DNA of 64,000 nucleotides, from IMG/VR virus record IMGVR_UViG_3300042324_001267. One strand, 5' to 3'. Origin of the DNA: a virus. Shown here piece after piece: positions 37,520 to 46,771 of the stretch. How positions within the stretch are numbered: the first letter of the stretch is position 1; each line of letters begins with the position of its first letter. The position numbers were made by a program, and so were the translations under genes. The notes beneath the pieces were generated by a model, which saw nothing but the letters and a program-made list of their open reading frames with translations, was not told where the DNA came from and did not search any database.

Positions 37520-40240
37520 ATGTCAGGAGTAGCAGGAGGAAATAGAATAGAAAGAGGGGATGTACATAATACATTCAACAAATACGTAGAAGAAGTTCTA
37601 AGTAAAGTACCAGGCTTCAAGAAAGCTTCTCTATCTGGATCTGTAAAAGCAGGAACAAAAGCTGACTTTGGAGACTTAGATATTATTGTTTGGTTTGAAG
37701 GAGATGATAAGAGAGAGGTTAAACAAAGACTTATCGATGCAGCTCTAGCTCTTCCACAAAACATAATTGTACCTTTTAAATCAGAAAAATATACCGGAAG
37801 AAGGTATTATAACTCAGGTGAACTAATCTCAGTACTCTATCCAATTGTAGGAAAGGAAGATCAATATATTCAGGTTGATAATATTATATCTCTTACAGAA
37901 GAAGAACATGCCTTTAAAGGATCATTCTTAGACCTACCAGCTGAAAAGCAAGGACTGTTAATAGGGCTAGCAAAAGTAATTTTACTTGAGCAAGACCCAC
38001 AAGATGTATTCAGAAGAATGGGTATTTCAAATGTACCTAATCTAGAAAAAGGTGAAGAGTTTGAATTTAACCTATCATCGGTAAAACTATCTTTAAGAAA
38101 AGTAAAACTAGAAAACTTTAGAGAAATAGCAAGAGAAGAGGTATGGTCAACAACAGCTTGGGGTACTATTAAGATACTATTTAAAGGATTTAATATAGAC
38201 GGTTCTTTCGAAGACCTATTAGATGATGTTGCTAAAAAACTTACAAATGCTAGATCTAAAAATAGAATAGCAGGTATTTTTAAATCAATGGTATCTGTTA
38301 AATCAGGAGAAGTTGGAACAGCTAAAGGAAAAGGTAAAGAAGATGCATTAGAAAAAGTAGCACAAACACTTGCAGAAGCATTGGATGATGGATCCGAAGT
38401 AGTAGCTTTATATGCTGGAGGATTCAAACCACCACACCTTGCTCACTTTGAAAATGCCAAATTTCTATCTACTAAAGCAGACAAAATTGTAATATTTATC
38501 GGACCTAAGATCAGAGAAGGTGTAAAAATTACAGCAGAACAATCAAAAGCTATTTGGGAAATCTATGCAAAATACATAAACGTACCAATGGAGATTGTAA
38601 TCAGTAAAGTAACTCCAATATTAGATACATATGAATGGATTGATGCAAATCAAGACAAAGTAACAAGCATTATTACAGGAGCTATGGCTGATGAAATGGG
38701 TAAATTCTCTGGAATAGAAAAGAGAAAAGAAAAAGGTGAGTATAAGAATGTAGAAGTAAAAGAACTACCTGTTATTACAAATAAAGAAGACGATAAATTC
38801 TCAGCAACTGATATTAGAAAGTCAGAAAAGTTCTTATTAGAAGGCAAATGGATGCCAAAAGTAGTATCAAAAGAAGATAAGCAAGCAATCCTAGATATTA
38901 TAACTCCTCAAAAAGAAGATTCAGTAGAAGATAAAATGCTAACTGCAGTAGATAACGTATTTGAAAGTTTCTTTCCAAAGAAAACTAAAAAAGAAGTAAT
39001 ACAAGAAGGGTCAGCAGGAACACCTATACAGCCATCAGGAGCTATTCCATCAAAGGATAGAGAAAACTTAATACACCTCTTTAGCCAACTAAAATCAACT
39101 ATTAATTCAGAAAAGTATACAGTAGTATTTGAGCAAGATAGAATAGGAGTATACATAAAAACGTATGCAGATGTAAGCTTTGACCAAACACCTCAACAAA
39201 AAACACTACCAGAAGGAGCAGAGCAAGAAAAATTCGACTACACACCTTACATAGGATCTCTTTTAGAGTATATGTTAGATGAGAAGATGAATATTACACC
39301 GTTACCGGAAGTAAAAATCAGATATGACGAAGAACAAGCAAACGACTTCTTCGGTAAAACAGCTTACTATGATCCAAATAAGCAAGAAGTAGTATTATAT
39401 GTAATGAATAGACATCCAAAAGATGTCTGTAGATCATTCTCTCATGAAATGATTCACCATATGCAAAATATGGAAGGAAGACTTGAAGGATTAGCAGCTA
39501 CTACTAATACAAATGAAGACGATTACTTACAGGAAATAGAAAAAGAAGCTTACCTAAAGGGTAATATTACATTTAGAAACTGGGAAGACGGATTAAAAAG
39601 TAATAAAGAGGTTATGGCAGAAGGAAGATACGATAAAATTAGTAATCAAGCATCATCAGACTTGTTTAGAGGCTGGAAAGAAGCATTTAATGCAGGAGAA
39701 AAGAGTATAGGATTTGAAGAAACTTATTCAAATGGTGATGTAGAATTCGACGTAGAAGGTACTTTAGTACTAACACCAGGAACCGGTAAAATGGAAGTCT
39801 TAGAAAGTACAGGAGCAGGCTTTGACGAAGATGGAGATTTTATTATAGTAGATATCGCTATTGATCCAGAACTATTACCAGGCTTTTGGGAAGAGATTTC
39901 AATGACTTTAAAAGATCTTTTCAGACATGAAATTGAACACCTAACACATAATAAAGGAGGAGTATCTACAAATCCTTCTAAAATAATGAGAGGTGATTTA
40001 GCAAAAAGAGATAAGATAAGAGCAGGAGAAAAGCCAATAGGAGATTATTTTAAACTTAAAAAAGAAATAGATGCAAACCTACAGGGAATGTATTTTAGAG
40101 CTAAAAAAGAAAAAAGACCATTTGCAGATGTTGTAAATAGTTACTTAGATGCTCAAGATATTACACCTCAAGAAAGAGAGGAAATACTTACATTATGGCG
40201 TAACAGACTTCCTGCATTAGGATTAAAACAAACATTATAA
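37520..40240 (+). CDS. Multidomain protein: Pol-beta NTase + HxxH nucleotidyltransferase + two HExxH zincin-like domains
   Basis: SGSV..FGDLDII/IQVD; AGGFKPPHLAH...SATDIR; SHEMIHH; RHEIEH. Confidence 0.7.
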   Translation: MSGVAGGNRIERGDVHNTFNKYVEEVLSKVPGFKKASLSGSVKAGTKADFGDLDIIVWFEGDDKREVKQRLIDAALALPQNIIVPFKSEKYTGRRYYNSGELISVLYPIVGKEDQYIQVDNIISLTEEEHAFKGSFLDLPAEKQGLLIGLAKVILLEQDPQDVFRRMGISNVPNLEKGEEFEFNLSSVKLSLRKVKLENFREIAREEVWSTTAWGTIKILFKGFNIDGSFEDLLDDVAKKLTNARSKNRIAGIFKSMVSVKSGEVGTAKGKGKEDALEKVAQTLAEALDDGSEVVALYAGGFKPPHLAHFENAKFLSTKADKIVIFIGPKIREGVKITAEQSKAIWEIYAKYINVPMEIVISKVTPILDTYEWIDANQDKVTSIITGAMADEMGKFSGIEKRKEKGEYKNVEVKELPVITNKEDDKFSATDIRKSEKFLLEGKWMPKVVSKEDKQAILDIITPQKEDSVEDKMLTAVDNVFESFFPKKTKKEVIQEGSAGTPIQPSGAIPSKDRENLIHLFSQLKSTINSEKYTVVFEQDRIGVYIKTYADVSFDQTPQQKTLPEGAEQEKFDYTPYIGSLLEYMLDEKMNITPLPEVKIRYDEEQANDFFGKTAYYDPNKQEVVLYVMNRHPKDVCRSFSHEMIHHMQNMEGRLEGLAATTNTNEDDYLQEIEKEAYLKGNITFRNWEDGLKSNKEVMAEGRYDKISNQASSDLFRGWKEAFNAGEKSIGFEETYSNGDVEFDVEGTLVLTPGTGKMEVLESTGAGFDEDGDFIIVDIAIDPELLPGFWEEISMTLKDLFRHEIEHLTHNKGGVSTNPSKIMRGDLAKRDKIRAGEKPIGDYFKLKKEIDANLQGMYFRAKKEKRPFADVVNSYLDAQDITPQEREEILTLWRNRLPALGLKQTL

Positions 40241-40253
40241 AAATAAAAAGGTT

Positions 40254-40841
40254 ATGGGAAAATTAGCAGACTTATTACTAGAAGAATCAGACTTCATGCC
40301 TAAATATCAGATATATTGTGATATGGATGGAGTATTAACAGACTTTGAAAAGAGATTTGTTACATTATTACAACAAGAAGGTCCAAAGTACTATTCAAAA
40401 GCGACAATTGCTCAAGTAACAAGGCCTAAACACTTTGATAAACTAGAAGGAACAGAAGAGTTTTGGAAGTTTATTGATCAGTATATTGGATTAGAGTTCT
40501 GGTCAGAAATGGAATGGATGCCAAATGGTAGAGAGTTATGGAACTTTATACAACCATACGGACCAAAACTTTTAACATCTCCTTCCAGAGACAATACCTC
40601 AAGACTTGGTAAAAGATTATGGGTAAAAGAAAACCTAGTACCTGCCCCTGAAGTCTTATTTAGGTTTGGAGATGCTAAGTCGGATTTTGCAAATGAAAAT
40701 GCTATATTAATAGACGATAAGCCTTCCAACCTCGCTGCATTTTCTGCTAAAGGAGGAATAGCAATAGAGGTAAAAGACGGAGAAATACAATCGGTTATTA
40801 ATAAATTAAAACAACTTGGTTATGGGCGAGAGCTTACTTAA
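40254..40841 (+). CDS. HAD-family 5'(3')-nucleotidase-like phosphatase
   Basis: CDMDGVLTDF, LTSP, GK..W, LIDD. Confidence 0.8.
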   Translation: MGKLADLLLEESDFMPKYQIYCDMDGVLTDFEKRFVTLLQQEGPKYYSKATIAQVTRPKHFDKLEGTEEFWKFIDQYIGLEFWSEMEWMPNGRELWNFIQPYGPKLLTSPSRDNTSRLGKRLWVKENLVPAPEVLFRFGDAKSDFANENAILIDDKPSNLAAFSAKGGIAIEVKDGEIQSVINKLKQLGYGRELT

Positions 40842-41400
40842 AAAAGAATTCAAATCAAAAGACGTAAATAGAGCTAGAAATTTAGTTAAAAAAGACTTCT
40901 CAGCAAAGACTGTAGACGGTGTTGGATACTCTAAAGCACAGGTTGCTTATAAAGAGGGAGACATTTGGGAAGAGAATGGAAGAAACTGGACTATTAAAGA
41001 TGGATTAAGACAAAATATTACAAAACTAGACTCAGCAAAAAAAGCTTTACAAATACCTTTAGCATGTCCAAAATGTAAAGGATCTATGAATTATTATCTC
41101 AGTCATAAAATGTATAAGATACATAAGATGTGCTTTGATTGTGTAATTGATTATGAAGCAGAATTAAGAAAAGCAGGTCTATATGAATCATATGAAAAGA
41201 ATATGATGCAAGGAAGTCTTAAAGCTTTTGCAAGAGATATTGAACAATGGGTATTGGATACATTAGAGACAACTAATAGCTTTGTAACAGAACAAGGAGA
41301 CTTAGAAGACTGGAATAGTAATGATTCGAAATTTAAAGAACAAATAAACAGTAATCTTCAAGAATATTTAAAGCATATAAAAAGTCATATAGAAGAGTAA
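40822..41400 (+). CDS. Zn-finger hypothetical protein
   Basis: CPKC...CFDC; EGDIWEENGRNWTIKDG. Confidence 0.65.
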   Translation: MGESLLKKEFKSKDVNRARNLVKKDFSAKTVDGVGYSKAQVAYKEGDIWEENGRNWTIKDGLRQNITKLDSAKKALQIPLACPKCKGSMNYYLSHKMYKIHKMCFDCVIDYEAELRKAGLYESYEKNMMQGSLKAFARDIEQWVLDTLETTNSFVTEQGDLEDWNSNDSKFKEQINSNLQEYLKHIKSHIEE

Positions 41401-41448
41401 TAAGTTTTTGTTACTATTTATTTTTAAACAGTAAATAGTATTTGACTT

Positions 41449-41586
41449 ATGGCAAAAGCAGCACAATCTTCCGTTAAAATAGAGAGACCTAAAGTATCTA
41501 GACCTGGAGTTCATGCAAAATCTAAAACTTCAAAATTGAAGAGTTCTAAGAACTATAAAAAACTTTACAATGGACAAGGGAAGTAG
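41449..41586 (+). CDS. 45-aa highly basic microprotein (absent from ORF track)
   Basis: MAKAAQSSVKIERPKVSRPGVHAKSKTSKLKSSKNYKKLYNGQGK* after a TATTTAT motif. Confidence 0.65.
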   Translation: MAKAAQSSVKIERPKVSRPGVHAKSKTSKLKSSKNYKKLYNGQGK

Positions 41587-41809
41587 TAAAAAATTAAAAC
41601 AATTACTACAAGAAGCAGATAACCCTCAAGCAGGTAAAGCAGCACCTTATGGTTCAGGATATGCAAAGGTAAAACAAGCAATTCATGAACTTGTAAAAGA
41701 AGTTCTTTCAGAAAAAGTAAAAGGCGTTGACGGTAAAGCTTGTTGGAAGGGATACAGGTATGCTGGTACTAAAGATGGAAAAGACATCTGTGTAAAAATT
41801 ACAAAATAA
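41570..41809 (+). CDS. Leader-bearing small protein with CWKGY..C module
   Basis: LKQLLQE|A, VLSE|K, then CWKGYRYAGTKDGKDICV. Confidence 0.65.
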   Translation: MDKGSSKKLKQLLQEADNPQAGKAAPYGSGYAKVKQAIHELVKEVLSEKVKGVDGKACWKGYRYAGTKDGKDICVKITK

Positions 41810-41810
41810 T

Positions 41811-42125
41811 ATGAAGCTACTACAACTATTAAAAGAAGCAAAAGAGGTATTAGAAGACTTCGCTAAAACCAGAGGAGAAGGTGCAGCTAAAATAGCATCA
41901 AATGCTCAAGAAAAAGGAGGACTTGCTTTGCTAACCTGGCATCATTTCAAAGTAAAAGCTCCGTATTATAAAAAAGCTTCTGAAGGAAAGCTTGATATGG
42001 AACAAGCAAAGAAAGAGTACGAAGAGACTTATAAAAAGATCTCTCTAGATATGACTCAAATTGAATTTCAAAGAGAGGTAGGAAGACTAGAAGTACTAGG
42101 AGAATTGCTAATAAAGAATAAATAA
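41811..42125 (+). CDS. Leader-bearing hypothetical protein
   Basis: MKLLQLLKEAK. Confidence 0.65.
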   Translation: MKLLQLLKEAKEVLEDFAKTRGEGAAKIASNAQEKGGLALLTWHHFKVKAPYYKKASEGKLDMEQAKKEYEETYKKISLDMTQIEFQREVGRLEVLGELLIKNK

Positions 42126-42769
42126 TGTCAACACTAAATACATCTATACCTCACTTCTATGCTAAGATGAGAATAGAACACCTCTACCAGCATGACGGGA
42201 GAGAAGGTATGCAAGATGTAATAGTATTTGGAGCACAATCTGTAGGAGGTAGAGCTCTTACCTTCCATATAATGACTGATGAAGGAGCTGTTAGATCAAG
42301 AGTTCCAATTCATATGCTTGCCTGGAAAGATGATGCACCAAAAATGGCTTTAGACCATTTACAACTATGGGATTGTTTTGGACATGAAGTATCATGTACA
42401 GCATACGATTACTTACTCCAATCAAGAGTAAAGGCAATATTTAAAGACGGTAGTAAAGAGTGGGGAAATTATATTATGACCTTTGATTGGTTTAATAATC
42501 CATATTCTAACGAACCAACACAATACAAGGCAGCACATCTAATTAAATTAGATAACGGAAATTTTACTCTTCAGCCTAATAATAGATTAATGTGGAGAGA
42601 TATGTCTTTTGTAACTCAACCATTTCCTGAAAAACCGGATTGGATGATTGATAATAAAGAGTGGTTTTGCGAATCAGTTTCCGATAAATGGACAATGGAA
42701 AAAGGTAATGAAAATATTTACTACTACACTTTAGAAAATGAAAAAAAGTCAACTAAAAAAGATAATTAA
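42125..42769 (+). CDS. Hypothetical protein
   Basis: 214-aa aromatic-rich ORF (LQLWDCF, QPNNR). Confidence 0.7.
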   Translation: MSTLNTSIPHFYAKMRIEHLYQHDGREGMQDVIVFGAQSVGGRALTFHIMTDEGAVRSRVPIHMLAWKDDAPKMALDHLQLWDCFGHEVSCTAYDYLLQSRVKAIFKDGSKEWGNYIMTFDWFNNPYSNEPTQYKAAHLIKLDNGNFTLQPNNRLMWRDMSFVTQPFPEKPDWMIDNKEWFCESVSDKWTMEKGNENIYYYTLENEKKSTKKDN

Positions 42770-43166
42770 AGAGGTATTAGATGCTTCAACACCTGCTCCT
42801 AGTGAAATACCGGGAGGACTAGCACAGTTTGCTACTATTGGAGATTTAGCTACAATGCATAATCTTCCTTTAGATCAAATCATAAAGCAGATAGTAAAAG
42901 GAGTAAAGACAGAATCAGAACATACAACAGATTTAGATATTGCTATGGAAATAGCTTTTGACCATGTATATGAAGATCCTAAATATTACGATAAATTATC
43001 CAACATAGAAGAAGGTAAACATGACCCAGTAGAACCGGGTATTTTAAAAAAAAGGTTAGGTAAACTTACCTGTTCAAAAGTAAGAGCAGAAAGAAGTAAA
43101 TTAGAAGACAAGGGTACTCATTATGCAAAAGCATTGCAGAGATACTTAAATTACCATTGTCAGTAA
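42738..43166 (+). CDS. Leader-bearing hypothetical protein
   Basis: MKKSQLKKIIKEVL; E.EHT....A.EIA.DH..EDP.YY module; IEE|G junction. Confidence 0.7.
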   Translation: MKKSQLKKIIKEVLDASTPAPSEIPGGLAQFATIGDLATMHNLPLDQIIKQIVKGVKTESEHTTDLDIAMEIAFDHVYEDPKYYDKLSNIEEGKHDPVEPGILKKRLGKLTCSKVRAERSKLEDKGTHYAKALQRYLNYHCQ

Positions 43167-43225
43167 AATAATTTACTATTTATTTGTATATATGATTAAA
43201 AATAACTATCTTTAGATATTATAAT

Positions 43226-44788
43226 ATGAAGAAATTAGTAAGAATAGTAGAAGCAGGAGAAAAGACAGCATTTATCCAAACAGCTAGAGGAGAAAAGAAG
43301 ACGATCGAATATAAAAAAGACGATGAACTTACAGGTTTGAAAGATAATCAGGATATTGCAAAAATTGATACTGCAGATGGTAAGAGAATAAAAGAAGAAG
43401 TACGAAAATATACTGCTCAAGAATCAGCAGCTGTAGGAAAAGCAGTAGCTAAATCTCTTGTAAAAGTTCTTAGAGCTCAAGGAGATGAAATCTCAAAACT
43501 AAGACTTACAGGAATAGGAGTTGATAGATTTAATATCCACGTTGAATATGGAAATGAAAAAGGAGTAGATACTTTTAAATTTGACCTAAACCCACAAGGT
43601 ACTGCTATCATATTAGACTTAGGAAACGAACCATTAGAGCTAGTAGACTTCGTGATAACACAAGGTAATACTGTTTCTCTACCTACTCCTGAGTTAGAAG
43701 ATAAACTAGGTGATGCAATGAAAAAGTATGTGGGAGAACCTACAGATGCTGAATATGATAATATGGCAGCAATGCAAGAGCCGACAGATCCTTCTCAATT
43801 TGCAAAAGAATTAAACGAAGATGATTGGAAACAATCAGACGACGAATCTACAATGGCAAAAGCACAGTTAAAATCTATTCAATCCAATGCAAGTAAGTTG
43901 ATGAATATAATAGGAGATAACGAGCAATTAGATGCATGGGTTCAAGCCAAGCTAACAAAAGCAGAAGATTATTTAGACTCAGCAGCAGGATACCTAGAAT
44001 CAGAAGAAGATGAAGAGGGTCATCAACCTGTAGCACTTGCAATAGCTTTAAATGAAAAGAAAGCTACATATTGCGGAAGATGTGGACATACCCATGTTAA
44101 GGGTACACCTTGTCCAAGACCTTTTAAAAATGAAGCATTAGATGCAGTTGGAAAAGAGGATGACGATATTAATAATGATGGAAAAGTCGATAAGACTGAT
44201 AAATACTTAAAAAACAGAAGAAATACTATCTCTAAAAAGATAACTAAAGAAGAACTGAGAGAATTAATGCTTGAAGCATATATCGAAGTTCTTAAAGAAG
44301 AAGAAGGAGCAGTATTAGAGACATCTACAGATGAAATACTAGGAAAATTTCCTACAGTAAAGAAAGCAATAACATCTCTATTTACAAAAGAATATCCAGA
44401 ATTTGTAACAGATATAAGATGGGTAGCACCAAAACCTTCCACATTTGCAGTTGATCTTAAAAACGGTCAATCATTTAACTTAAAATGGATGGGTAAAGGA
44501 TTTGAAGCACAAATAGAAGGTAAAAAATACTACTTAGATACTTTACAAGACTATCAACAAGCTTTAGATAAGATAAACGATATACTTAAGAACGGACCAA
44601 TCACACAAGGTGAAGAACCAGGTGGAGAAGAATTCGGAGCAGATCCAGCAGCACCAGCAGGTGGAGGAGGAGGAGATTTTCCAGGTGGAGAAGCTGGAGG
44701 AGAGCCAGCAGCTGAATTTGGAGCAGAAGAAGCACCAGCAGGGGAAGAAGAAGCAGGAGCAGAACCAGAAACACCAGAAGCACTTTAA
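43226..44788 (+). CDS. Modular hypothetical protein (putative head polyprotein)
   Basis: Modules separated by LNE/IKE/VLE; CGRCGHTH..C; [12 protein letters not shown] Ca-binding-like loop. Confidence 0.7.
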   Translation: MKKLVRIVEAGEKTAFIQTARGEKKTIEYKKDDELTGLKDNQDIAKIDTADGKRIKEEVRKYTAQESAAVGKAVAKSLVKVLRAQGDEISKLRLTGIGVDRFNIHVEYGNEKGVDTFKFDLNPQGTAIILDLGNEPLELVDFVITQGNTVSLPTPELEDKLGDAMKKYVGEPTDAEYDNMAAMQEPTDPSQFAKELNEDDWKQSDDESTMAKAQLKSIQSNASKLMNIIGDNEQLDAWVQAKLTKAEDYLDSAAGYLESEEDEEGHQPVALAIALNEKKATYCGRCGHTHVKGTPCPRPFKNEALDAVGKEDDDINNDGKVDKTDKYLKNRRNTISKKITKEELRELMLEAYIEVLKEEEGAVLETSTDEILGKFPTVKKAITSLFTKEYPEFVTDIRWVAPKPSTFAVDLKNGQSFNLKWMGKGFEAQIEGKKYYLDTLQDYQQALDKINDILKNGPITQGEEPGGEEFGADPAAPAGGGGGDFPGGEAGGEPAAEFGAEEAPAGEEEAGAEPETPEAL

Positions 44789-45762
44789 TGAGCGTAATAG
44801 ATAAAATAGTTGCAGAATGGGCTTTCCGTTGTAAAAAAGGATACCCGGATATGAATAATCCTAGCGATATAAAAATATTGAAAGAGATTTATTCAGAATA
44901 TGGGGTAGTCTTGGAAGAGGAAAAACCAGAAAAAAAGAAAGAGGATGGAGTAACTCAAGAAGATCTAGCAGTATTAAGAAGTGCTTTTGAAAATATAAAA
45001 GTACCTTACTCAAAGTACTTATCTATCTTTAATTATTTTGATCCAAATTCTTTAGGAACAATCTCAGAAGTATTATTAACAAAGTTACTTAATACCGTAG
45101 ACAATGTACAAGCTCAACACGTTGGAGGAGCTCAAGGACTTGCAGATATAATAATAAACGGGCATCATATTTCACTGAAAACAACTGCAAAAGGAAAACC
45201 TATAGGATTAGGTTCGGATGAAGTAAATATAAGTCCTTCTGATTCTAAAGAAGTAGTAAGTACTTTAAATGCATTATACAAGCAAGACCCTACACTAAAA
45301 AATCTTTCTATAAGTGAACTACAGGGTAAGATTCCTGACGAAACATATAATAATATTAATAAACGATTATCCTCTATTGCTAAAAAAATAGCAGGAGAGT
45401 TAAATAAAGAGGTTTTTGTGTGGATAGAAAAGATATATAAACAGAAACTTCTTACAGGAATTGTTATCCATGTGGTAAAGTATGATCTTAATAAAGCGTT
45501 AAATACTTTCCTACAAAGTAAAATATCAGTAACAGAAAAAGCTTGGGGAGTAGTGGATGCAGCAGGTAAAGCAATAATTAGTGCAGATACCTCAGGAAAA
45601 CACCTCAATATTACACCAGAATTTGTGTATAGTAGTTCAAGAGGTACTAATACAGCTATTGACTTAGAAGTAAATTTAAAATATTCATCAGAAGAAGTAC
45701 AACAAAAAGTATCAGATAAAGTGTTTAAGGCTCTTAATACAATATACTCTGAACTTTTTTAG
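44788..45762 (+). CDS. Putative PD-(D/E)XK endonuclease
   Basis: GTISE..., ADIIINGHHISLKT (D-x(n)-SxK variant) after VLEE junction. Confidence 0.5.
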   Translation: MSVIDKIVAEWAFRCKKGYPDMNNPSDIKILKEIYSEYGVVLEEEKPEKKKEDGVTQEDLAVLRSAFENIKVPYSKYLSIFNYFDPNSLGTISEVLLTKLLNTVDNVQAQHVGGAQGLADIIINGHHISLKTTAKGKPIGLGSDEVNISPSDSKEVVSTLNALYKQDPTLKNLSISELQGKIPDETYNNINKRLSSIAKKIAGELNKEVFVWIEKIYKQKLLTGIVIHVVKYDLNKALNTFLQSKISVTEKAWGVVDAAGKAIISADTSGKHLNITPEFVYSSSRGTNTAIDLEVNLKYSSEEVQQKVSDKVFKALNTIYSELF

Positions 45763-45799
45763 TTAAAAACAAACTATTTATAAACAAAAATAAAACACA

Positions 45800-46690
45800 A
45801 TGGCAGATAATTTCAACTTAAGAACATTCTTAACAGAGAATAAACTTACTAAAAATGCACAGCTTCTTTCAGAAGGAATAGAGTTTAACGGTAAACCGGT
45901 AAACGTTGGATCGGTAGAAATCGATGGAATAGATACAGAAGATTACCCAGACTTTGTAGATGCATATATTGCAGCAGCAGAATACGAAGACGGTACTCCA
46001 TTAACAGACGAAGAATTAGTACAGTTTCAAGAAGAAAATTACGATTTAGTAAGCCAAATGATTCACGATGATCAGCTATACTTAGAAGCAAAGAAAGAAG
46101 ATGGTATGGAAGAAGCATCTAGCGAGGATATGGCTTATACTGAAAAAGTTGACGAAGCTTTAGCAGAAAGTAAATTAACTGCTAAAGAAAGACGTTTAGT
46201 AGAAATGGTTCAAAATGCTTTAGGAGAAGAAAATGTAGATTATACAATGGGACGTCAAGACGATCCAAATCAACTACCAAACCCAGCACCAGAACTTAAC
46301 ATACCAGAAGGAGAAGCTAATATAGAAGAAGCAAAACCTCTTCCAAAATATGAATCAATTGAAGAATTGATGAAAGAGATTGAACACGGTACTAACGAAG
46401 CAGCTCACAAATACAAAATGGATGAGATGAAAAGAGTTTACGAGGCTTTAGAGGCTAAAGTAGGGTCTTTAGAAGAAGGAGAGCATGCTGAGCATATCGA
46501 TCAAAAAGCTGTTAAGCAAATGCGTAAAGATATTGCAACATTAAGAAAAGCAGAAGAGAAATTAAGAAAAGAATTTGATAAAAAATTCTCAGGTAAAGAA
46601 AAGAAAGAAACTCCAGCTAAAGAAAAAGCAGTAGAAGCTTTACAAGAAGGATTCAACTTAAGAAAATTCTTAGCAGAAAACAGAAAATAA
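45800..46690 (+). CDS. Acidic hypothetical protein (putative head core protein)
   Basis: FNLRTFLTEN at N-terminus and FNLRKFLAEN at C-terminus. Confidence 0.7.
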   Translation: MADNFNLRTFLTENKLTKNAQLLSEGIEFNGKPVNVGSVEIDGIDTEDYPDFVDAYIAAAEYEDGTPLTDEELVQFQEENYDLVSQMIHDDQLYLEAKKEDGMEEASSEDMAYTEKVDEALAESKLTAKERRLVEMVQNALGEENVDYTMGRQDDPNQLPNPAPELNIPEGEANIEEAKPLPKYESIEELMKEIEHGTNEAAHKYKMDEMKRVYEALEAKVGSLEEGEHAEHIDQKAVKQMRKDIATLRKAEEKLRKEFDKKFSGKEKKETPAKEKAVEALQEGFNLRKFLAENRK

Positions 46691-46708
46691 GATTACTCAA
46701 TAGTAAAC

Positions 46709-46737
46709 AAGCCCACTCCTTAAAGGTGGGTTTTTTT
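46709..46737 (+). terminator. Intrinsic terminator
   Basis: AAGCCCAC..GTGGGTT + T-run. Confidence 0.8.
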
Positions 46738-46771
46738 ATATACACATATTTATAATATATAAGTATATAAT

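Noticed and set aside
36610-40240. Calling the NTases a CBASS system
   Set aside because: No recognisable effector or Cap2/Cap3 genes; motifs only support superfamily level.
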